Virus record (IMG/VR): IMGVR_UViG_3300033182_000800
Coordinates: 1 to 53,410 of that record
DNA length: 53,410 bases
Reading direction: 5' to 3' (one strand)
Source: a virus
Lineage: Duplodnaviria > Caudoviricetes
Part shown: positions 48,102 to 53,410 of the stretch, in pieces
Numbering within the stretch: position 1 is the first letter of the stretch
How the letters are laid out: each line of letters begins with the position of its first letter
Position numbers and translations under genes: made by a program
Notes under the pieces: generated by a model
What the model saw: only the letters and a program-made list of their open reading frames with translations
The model's database searches: none
Told to the model about the DNA's origin: nothing

Positions 48102-48173
48102 TTACATTATTATCCATGCCCACCAAATAATAATGAAAGGTATGCATAATACTGGCAACTCTGTCCATTCCAT
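48102..48173 (-). CDS. 23-aa hydrophobic peptide
   Basis: MEWTELPVLCIPFIIIWWAWIIM; fills the gap between an ORF and the next promoter. Confidence 0.4.
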   Translation of the reverse strand: MEWTELPVLCIPFIIIWWAWIIM

Positions 48174-48178
48174 TATCG

Positions 48179-48307
48179 TCACCCATCACGAGCTATGTCG
48201 GCAAGTTCAATACGAGCCTCTTCTTCGGCCTCAAGTTCATCAATGTAAGCGAAAACTTCCTCATCGCTCATGTCCTCACCAATCCAACCCATAAGTTCAA
48301 TTTCCAT
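48179..48307 (-). CDS. Small acidic protein
   Basis: MEIELMGWIGEDMSDEE...; GAGGA RBS. Confidence 0.55.
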   Translation of the reverse strand: MEIELMGWIGEDMSDEEVFAYIDELEAEEEARIELADIARDG

Positions 48308-48314
48308 ATATCCT

Positions 48315-48548
48315 CTATTCAATATGTTCAACAATTTCCATGTCCCTATCTTCGGGCAGGTCAATCCATCTCCACTCTGTCCTGCGAGATTCTTCCAAGG
48401 GAATCACACAAACCTTTGTGGTAAGTAGTGATGAATCAGCACCATCAACATTGATGACTCGCCACATATCGCCATTCTCACGAATACGATTCTTACCATG
48501 TCTGGTCTTACCAGCAAGTCTCAAATGATTTCCAACAAAAACTTTCAT
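48315..48548 (-). CDS. Hypothetical early protein
   Basis: L.GKTRHGKNRIRENG..W motif; follows the cassette RBS. Confidence 0.65.
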   Translation of the reverse strand: MKVFVGNHLRLAGKTRHGKNRIRENGDMWRVINVDGADSSLLTTKVCVIPLEESRRTEWRWIDLPEDRDMEIVEHIE

Positions 48549-48551
48549 AAC

Positions 48552-48622
48552 AATCTCCAAAAGAGGGTTACTGTCTCACTCACTTGGTTATAGTATCTCA
48601 AATTTTAGAGTCATTGTCAAGT
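48552..48622 (-). promoter_or_regulatory. Early promoter+leader+RBS cassette
   Basis: TTGACA-17-GATACT ... AAGTGAGTGAGACAGTAACCCTCTTTTGGAGATT. Confidence 0.8.
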
Positions 48623-48658
48623 ATTTTTTTTGATACTCTGTTTGTTCGTGTGTTGCTT

Positions 48659-48865
48659 TCATTCTGTCTCCAACTCTCTCCATTCAGTACGAGGATAAGG
48701 CGGTTCGTTGAGCCATTCCACGTGCCCACAGTTTTCACATTGATGCGGATATTTCCAAGGGAACTCCCGAGCGTCGGGATGACCCTTCTGCACCATCTTA
48801 CCTTCTCCACACTCGTCACAGACGTACTCAACGAGTACCATTTGTACTGGTCTTTTAACTTGCAT
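48659..48865 (-). CDS. Zinc-ribbon protein
   Basis: CDECG...HQCENCG; GGAG RBS. Confidence 0.65.
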   Translation of the reverse strand: MQVKRPVQMVLVEYVCDECGEGKMVQKGHPDAREFPWKYPHQCENCGHVEWLNEPPYPRTEWRELETE

Positions 48866-48953
48866 CTTGAATCTCCATTACGACCCTCATCCAGTTTTTA
48901 CATTCACCACAGTTGAAGTGGTAGAGCACTTCAACTGTGAATTCATGACTCAT
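48855..48953 (-). CDS. Small CxxC peptide (32 aa)
   Basis: MSHEFTVEVLYHFNCGECKNW...; ATGA overlap with the upstream stop. Confidence 0.45.
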   Translation of the reverse strand: MSHEFTVEVLYHFNCGECKNWMRVVMEIQDAS

Positions 48954-49150
48954 ACCGAATTTGCCTCAAAGGCTCTTTCCTGGCTAATATTAGCAGGACT
49001 CTCTGTCGCATTGACATCCACACTAAAAGACTCCTTCACCTTGACTCCATGCGGTTGGAATCTAAAGTCAGGGCCGTCTGGTAACTTGGTTACCTTACCA
49101 CCATCGGCAAAGTATCTTGCCATGGCTTCGTTTATTTCACTTCTCGTCAT
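48950..49150 (-). CDS. Hypothetical protein
   Basis: AMARYFADGGKVTKLP motif. Confidence 0.6.
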   Translation of the reverse strand: MTRSEINEAMARYFADGGKVTKLPDGPDFRFQPHGVKVKESFSVDVNATESPANISQERAFEANSV

Positions 49151-49313
49151 TTTGATACTCTCTGACACGGGCTTCCGCCTCGGTTATTGATTTGAAGAAA
49201 CCGCCACCCATTTCTTCACCATCTTCGTACTCACGCACGAAGTACTCTCCTGCAGTGCGAGAACCAAATACTGTCTCACCCTCATGCAGAATCTCTATCG
49301 TCGCCGTTCTCAT
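49137..49313 (-). CDS. Hypothetical protein
   Basis: AAGGA RBS; MRTATIEIL...GGGFFKSITEAE. Confidence 0.6.
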   Translation of the reverse strand: MRTATIEILHEGETVFGSRTAGEYFVREYEDGEEMGGGFFKSITEAEARVREYQNDEK

Positions 49314-49452
49314 ATTTCCTTTCTTTGGCTTCAAGTTTCTTTTCCAAATACCGCTCACGTTTGGCTTTAGTTCTACCTACATTATAAGTACCTTCATTGT
49401 AGGAATCCCAAAACAAAAATGCCTTACTTTCTACTTTCACTTTCTCATTCAT
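49282..49452 (-). CDS. Hypothetical protein (56 aa)
   Basis: Manual translation MNEKVKVESKAFLFWDSY... Confidence 0.45.
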   Translation of the reverse strand: MNEKVKVESKAFLFWDSYNEGTYNVGRTKAKRERYLEKKLEAKERKYENGDDRDSA

Positions 49453-49454
49453 AA

Positions 49455-49994
49455 CTAGTCTTTATTGGAATGTTTACACTTATTTCCGTGCCATCTGGAA
49501 TACATTTGAGGACTGCACGATTTTCCACAAACTTCACATAAAACTTTTTTTCTGTTTTTGGCAGCCAGTGACAATTTGGCTCTGGTTTCTGCATTTGGAA
49601 TTAGTTTACCAACTTGTCTACCAGCTTCTCTACAAGATTCTCTACCTTCTTCAGAGAGTTTCCATCTACCACTAGCTACAGCTTCTTTCTGTTTTTTACT
49701 CCAATTATCTTTTGCCCATTGAGGCATTTTCTTTCCTAATCTTGGATGTTTATCACTCATATTTCTTCTCCTACATGCTTCCCTTGCAATTTCTCTGCGA
49801 ATTCTTTCGTGAGTCCAATCTCTGCAGAGAGATTTCCAAGCAATGTAATCCCATTTATTTTGATATTTTTCCCACAACAAACGATGAGCTTCTGCATGTT
49901 CTTCAATAGATAACTCAACAATATTATCTGGACTGTCCGTACCACCAGCATGTCTTGGTATGATGTGATGTTTGTGTGTTAGATATTTTTCCAT
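49455..49994 (-). CDS. Free-standing HNH homing endonuclease
   Basis: HKHHIIPRHAGGTDSPDNIVELSIEEHAEAH; NUMOD3-like HPRLGKK and ETRAKLS; C-terminal CEVCG...RWHGNKC. Confidence 0.85.
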   Translation of the reverse strand: MEKYLTHKHHIIPRHAGGTDSPDNIVELSIEEHAEAHRLLWEKYQNKWDYIAWKSLCRDWTHERIRREIAREACRRRNMSDKHPRLGKKMPQWAKDNWSKKQKEAVASGRWKLSEEGRESCREAGRQVGKLIPNAETRAKLSLAAKNRKKVLCEVCGKSCSPQMYSRWHGNKCKHSNKD

Positions 49995-50011
49995 TTTAAC
50001 CTCCTTTGTTA

Positions 50012-50019
50012 TATTTATA
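50012..50019 (-). promoter_or_regulatory. T4-type late promoter TATAAATA for the HNH gene
   Basis: Exact TATAAATA, then AAGGAGG RBS and ATG. Confidence 0.75.
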
Positions 50020-50036
50020 CAACAAGGGAAGTTAAG

Positions 50037-50327
50037 TCACAAATCTTCTTTTGGAATCAGCTGTAATCCGCTTTTATTATACGCAATGGAAACTGCAAAG
50101 CCGTCTGGTGTTTCTACTTTGCGCTCCTCTCTGCAATTCTCAACAGGCTTGAAATTCATCATTCTAGCCTCAAAATCGTCAGGAATATCTTCTATCGTTG
50201 ATTTCCTGCGGTAATAGGAGTCACCAAAGGCTATTGAACCCTTGTTGACTCCTTGAATTGGATTTACCACTTCATCCTCAGCTGGTTCAAAGAAACAGCC
50301 AGGAGCAATGAAATGTCTTTTACGCAT
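50037..50327 (-). CDS. Hypothetical protein
   Basis: C-terminal SIAYNKSGLQLI motif. Confidence 0.6.
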   Translation of the reverse strand: MRKRHFIAPGCFFEPAEDEVVNPIQGVNKGSIAFGDSYYRRKSTIEDIPDDFEARMMNFKPVENCREERKVETPDGFAVSIAYNKSGLQLIPKEDL

Positions 50328-50640
50328 AGGCAAGTTCCCTTTCAATTGCTTTCAATACACGTTTTGAGCCACCGCTCTTCTTCATCTCAAATCTACCAGA
50401 CTTGAGAGCACTTATGGCCCCAACTCCGCCACCATCAGTTCCCCAAACCGAACCCGGCTCGGTCATGGGAAGCAGGCTGAGTATTTCATAATACTCCATA
50501 TCACAATCTACAAAATCTTTCATACTACCAACAGCAAAATGTTTGGTAATACAGAGGACACCACCTCTGACATCAACTGACCAGTTCAACTTCTCAGCAG
50601 TTTCCAGAAGTTTTTTGGCTTTCTCACTAGCTTTACTCAT
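50320..50640 (-). CDS. Hypothetical early protein
   Basis: GGAGATT RBS; GSVWGTDGGGVG. Confidence 0.65.
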   Translation of the reverse strand: MSKASEKAKKLLETAEKLNWSVDVRGGVLCITKHFAVGSMKDFVDCDMEYYEILSLLPMTEPGSVWGTDGGGVGAISALKSGRFEMKKSGGSKRVLKAIERELAYA

Positions 50641-50649
50641 AACAATCTC

Positions 50650-50946
50650 CTATAGAGTGGTGTACATTCCAGTGTGGGATTCAAAGATACTAACGAGCAT
50701 GTCGCTGTAAACATTGTCGTATGTCTTTACTGACTTCATCTCGCCCATCTTGGTGAGCTTGGCGAAGGTGACATCGTAAAGGTCAAGCCCGTTCAGACTC
50801 ACTTCCATGAAGTTCGCATTGGTCTTGTTACGACCAATTCGCATACGGATACCATTTTCAGTTGAAACCATCATCTTGGCTCCAGTCATGACTCTGAACC
50901 TGTTTCCGCCGAGTTGTCTGTAAATTGTGTTGGCTACTTCACTCAT
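50650..50946 (-). CDS. Conserved phage early protein
   Basis: ANTIYRQLGGNRF..MTGAK, DLYDVTF, FESHTGMYT. Confidence 0.75.
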   Translation of the reverse strand: MSEVANTIYRQLGGNRFRVMTGAKMMVSTENGIRMRIGRNKTNANFMEVSLNGLDLYDVTFAKLTKMGEMKSVKTYDNVYSDMLVSIFESHTGMYTTL

Positions 50947-50950
50947 ATCA

Positions 50951-51017
50951 AATCTCCAAAAGGGTTTCTCTCAATCATCAGTTTCTATTATATCAAATAG
51001 AGGTGAACTGTCAAGTC
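50951..51017 (-). promoter_or_regulatory. Early promoter+leader+RBS cassette
   Basis: TTGACA-16-TATAAT ... GATGATTGAGAGAAACCCTTTTGGAGATT. Confidence 0.8.
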
Positions 51018-51022
51018 TTTTT

Positions 51023-51373
51023 TCACGCAGACCAATGATTTTGATGAATTGAATCAATACCATCATAGTTTGAAATGTACCAACCATGTATATCTACCAC
51101 ATCATCAGGCACATCTACAATCCTGAGACTAGCATATTGACCAGACGCCTTGGCACTTCCAAGAGATTTGACAACATCAATCAGACGCTTATCCATACGA
51201 TAGGCATCCATGTTGTCATCCACAATGCCGAAAACATCGTTGTCAACATATCCATAGTCTGAATCAATATCCAGCCCATGTTTGTCAATCAACATACTGA
51301 CGGCATCTTTTGACAGTCCAAACCCGCCGTAACAGTCATTTAGTACCACTTGATAACCTTTTGATTTTTTCAT
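51023..51373 (-). CDS. Conserved phage hypothetical protein
   Basis: VVLNDCYGGFGLS, R.D..LIDVV..LG, LRIVDVP, YISNYDG. Confidence 0.75.
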   Translation of the reverse strand: MKKSKGYQVVLNDCYGGFGLSKDAVSMLIDKHGLDIDSDYGYVDNDVFGIVDDNMDAYRMDKRLIDVVKSLGSAKASGQYASLRIVDVPDDVVDIHGWYISNYDGIDSIHQNHWSA

Positions 51374-51585
51374 AATGTTCCTTTCGTTAGGATTGGGAAA
51401 AGCAATTTATTAATTCGGAATACTTTCACTAAATGAAAGTTTTGTGTATTTCTTTCTTTCTCTCTGGGCGGTCGTACTGCTCCCCCACCCCCCACTGACG
51501 GAGGGGCTCCATTTCAATTACTCACTCAACAGTTATATAACAACAAAGTATAAAAGTAAAATAAGATGCACACTTATTATACCTT

Positions 51586-51613
51586 ATAGTAACATAGTAT
51601 AATAAAGTGTCAA
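51586..51613 (-). promoter_or_regulatory. Sigma70-like promoter
   Basis: TTGACA-16-TACTAT with extended -10 TG. Confidence 0.55.
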
Positions 51614-51795
51614 GTCTTTTTTAGCCAGTTTTTCTTGGCGTCCTCAGCGCATTTATCAGAACAGGCATAAACCATCTCTTCTCTACAGTTCCAGAAGTCT
51701 CCAATATCAATTTTACACTCATCGCTATTGAAGACTTTCTTACAACCATTACAGATTCTTTTGTCTGGCCAAGCCATTACAGAGCTCCTGTCCAA
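51610..51795 (-). CDS. Small Cys-rich protein
   Basis: CNGC...CSDKC; true start probably the second Met. Confidence 0.55.
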   Translation of the reverse strand: MDRSSVMAWPDKRICNGCKKVFNSDECKIDIGDFWNCREEMVYACSDKCAEDAKKNWLKKT

Positions 51796-52130
51796 CGCAC
51801 TCGGTCAAAAGTCCTGTCCAGCACGTTTCCTCTTCGGAAGTTTCTGGCCGGGGCTCTCCAACCGGCAGGCTTCAGGATGTCACCAAATGCAAACTTCTTA
51901 TCATTCTCACAGGCGACAACAAAAGCACAAACTGATTCGTTTGTGACTACCTTGACATATTTCTTACCCATGTAGTAGGTAAGTGAAGCATGATACTCAT
52001 TACACATCCGCTTCTTGTTTGGGTCATCGGTTTTCATCCAACCACGATAGTCGGCATTCATGTGGTCTAACATAGCGTCAAGACCTTCTACTAACGCTTC
52101 AACTTTTTCACCATCTATACTTACGGCCAT
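51777..52130 (-). CDS. Conserved phage early protein
   Basis: GKKYVKVV...VCAFV...GDILKPAGWRAPARN.RGNV. Confidence 0.75.
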   Translation of the reverse strand: MAVSIDGEKVEALVEGLDAMLDHMNADYRGWMKTDDPNKKRMCNEYHASLTYYMGKKYVKVVTNESVCAFVVACENDKKFAFGDILKPAGWRAPARNFRRGNVLDRTFDRVRWTGAL

Positions 52131-52133
52131 TTC

Positions 52134-52200
52134 AATCTCCGTTAGGGTTTCTCAATCACTCAAGTATTAGTATCTCACGGCGAGATAACATTGTCAAGTC
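52134..52200 (-). promoter_or_regulatory. Early promoter+leader+RBS cassette
   Basis: TTGACA-17-GATACT ... GAGTGATTGAGAAACCCTAACGGAGATT. Confidence 0.8.
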
Positions 52201-52204
52201 TTTT

Positions 52205-52441
52205 TTAGCATATTCCATAGGCTCTGGCCAAAGTGCCATAATCCTTATATCCTAGTCTGGACCACTTGGCAAAACCTTCTCTACCCAACTCCCAGAACAC
52301 ACGCCTATTTACAGCCAGTTGGATTCTATTAGTCTCTGCGATGTGTTCTGCACTTGGTTGTAGTTTTGGTGTGACCTTGGCACCTTTGTTCTTCAAGACA
52401 TTCAGACGCCAAAAGAATTGTTTGTTGGACTTGAATTTCAT
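52205..52441 (-). CDS. Hypothetical basic protein
   Basis: 78-aa ORF in a coupled operon. Confidence 0.55.
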   Translation of the reverse strand: MKFKSNKQFFWRLNVLKNKGAKVTPKLQPSAEHIAETNRIQLAVNRRVFWELGREGFAKWSRLGYKDYGTLARAYGIC

Positions 52442-52614
52442 ATTTCTAATTCACCTCTGTCAATTGCTTCAATCGCACGGGCACGAAAACTGGCACGTTC
52501 TTCAATAGACATACCATGTTCACTAGCAATCTCGTCTACCCGAGCATCTAAACGGGCTCGTCTTTCAACAGCGATGTCTCTCGCGATACTCTCGGCAATC
52601 TCTAGTTCTCTCAT
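52438..52614 (-). CDS. Hypothetical protein (58 aa)
   Basis: Manual translation MRELEIAESIARDIAVERRARLD...; overlaps neighbours at both ends. Confidence 0.55.
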   Translation of the reverse strand: MRELEIAESIARDIAVERRARLDARVDEIASEHGMSIEERASFRARAIEAIDRGELEI

Positions 52615-52886
52615 AATGTAAACCCTTCCTTAATGATGTTAATCTTCTCATGGAGAGTCAAAGCCTCTCCCTTCTCTACACACTCAAAAGCAGCATTGTT
52701 CTCAAGTAACTTAATCTTGTTTACCAGCGCCCACTTGGTTTTTCGTGCACCATCTAGGTCACTTTCCATAACAGCAATTCTGGAACACACATCTATCAAA
52801 TCTTCTTTGGCCATCTCTAACATGATGTCACGTTTGCCACGATTATAGTCATTCATATCTTTCTCATTTGTGTATGGGTTACTCAT
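52611..52886 (-). CDS. Hypothetical protein
   Basis: 91-aa ORF with GAGG RBS. Confidence 0.55.
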   Translation of the reverse strand: MSNPYTNEKDMNDYNRGKRDIMLEMAKEDLIDVCSRIAVMESDLDGARKTKWALVNKIKLLENNAAFECVEKGEALTLHEKINIIKEGFTL

Positions 52887-53062
52887 TTGACCTCACTATG
52901 TTCCATTACGATTTCTTCATCAGAGTACCTACCAGAAGCAACAATGCGACCAGCAAGTTCTCTCGCCCACCCAAGACCTTCTTCCAAAGTCTCAAAGTAT
53001 CTTCTGTGACTAAAACTGCCACGATATTTTTGAACTCTTGACCTGACTTCTGATATAAACAT
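52883..53062 (-). CDS. Hypothetical protein (59 aa)
   Basis: Manual translation MFISEVRSRVQKYRGSF...; TAATG and ATGA couplings. Confidence 0.55.
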   Translation of the reverse strand: MFISEVRSRVQKYRGSFSHRRYFETLEEGLGWARELAGRIVASGRYSDEEIVMEHSEVK

Positions 53063-53274
53063 TATGCAATCTCCATTTCTCGTTTCATTTCCTCAAGTTC
53101 ATAAAAATTCACTCCCATTTCTTCAGCAAACTCCATTTCTCGCTTCACTTCCTCAAGTTCGGCCTTTGTCTTACTCAACTCTATCTCTAATCGAGTACAT
53201 TCCGATCTCAATTCTCTGACCTCGACCTTGTAATGGGCAAGTTCGTCAATCAATCTTTCTTTACTTACTGCCAT
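53062..53274 (-). CDS. Coiled-coil early protein
   Basis: First ORF after the cassette RBS. Confidence 0.6.
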   Translation of the reverse strand: MAVSKERLIDELAHYKVEVRELRSECTRLEIELSKTKAELEEVKREMEFAEEMGVNFYELEEMKREMEIA

Positions 53275-53278
53275 TTTC

Positions 53279-53348
53279 AATCTCCAAAAAGGGTTATTGT
53301 CTCACTCACTTGACTATAGTATCTCAAATTTTGGGGTCAATGTCAAGA
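53279..53348 (-). promoter_or_regulatory. Early promoter+leader+RBS cassette
   Basis: TTGACA-17-GATACT ... AAGTGAGTGAGACAATAACCCTTTTTGGAGATT. Confidence 0.8.
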
Positions 53349-53410
53349 AAATAATGAGAAACATTCTCATTCAGTCAATGACCAGTTATCAAGGTCATTG
53401 GCCTCACGCA

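Noticed and set aside
49455-49994. Second intron housing the HNH gene
   Set aside because: No P/Q/R/S elements in the flanks, and the neighbouring ORFs look complete.

Overview
This window is a 53 kb segment of a large T4-like (myovirus) phage genome, resembling environmental T4-like phages; the host cannot be determined from this window. 1-34.8 kb is the tail/baseplate module: fibre-like genes, a DUF4815/VrlC-like giant protein, gp8, gp7, gp6, gp25, PAAR, gp5, hub, gp53, gp48, gp4, gp2, gp54-like, gp26/gp51 and a tape-measure-like protein. 34.8-47 kb holds replication, transcription and auxiliary genes: gp32, gp33, IscU, nucleases, SleB-type hydrolase, RNase H, glycosyltransferases and a SET-domain protein. 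47-53.4 kb is an early region of small ORFs driven by a repeated promoter+leader+RBS cassette. Several elements are missing from the ORF track: (i) a complete group I intron with a PD-(D/E)XK endonuclease splitting gene 32, whose unspliced product ends in an ssrA-like LAA degron; (ii) a circularly permuted two-piece tmRNA whose intervening segment carries a 28-aa membrane-peptide ORF; (iii) a T-TTT-TTC -1 frameshift site joining gp26 to a gp51 frame just before the tape measure gene; (iv) beta-propeller-like repeats with nucleotide-identical framework and hypervariable loops; (v) two unexplained structured intergenic RNAs. All calls come from reading the sequence; no searches were run.
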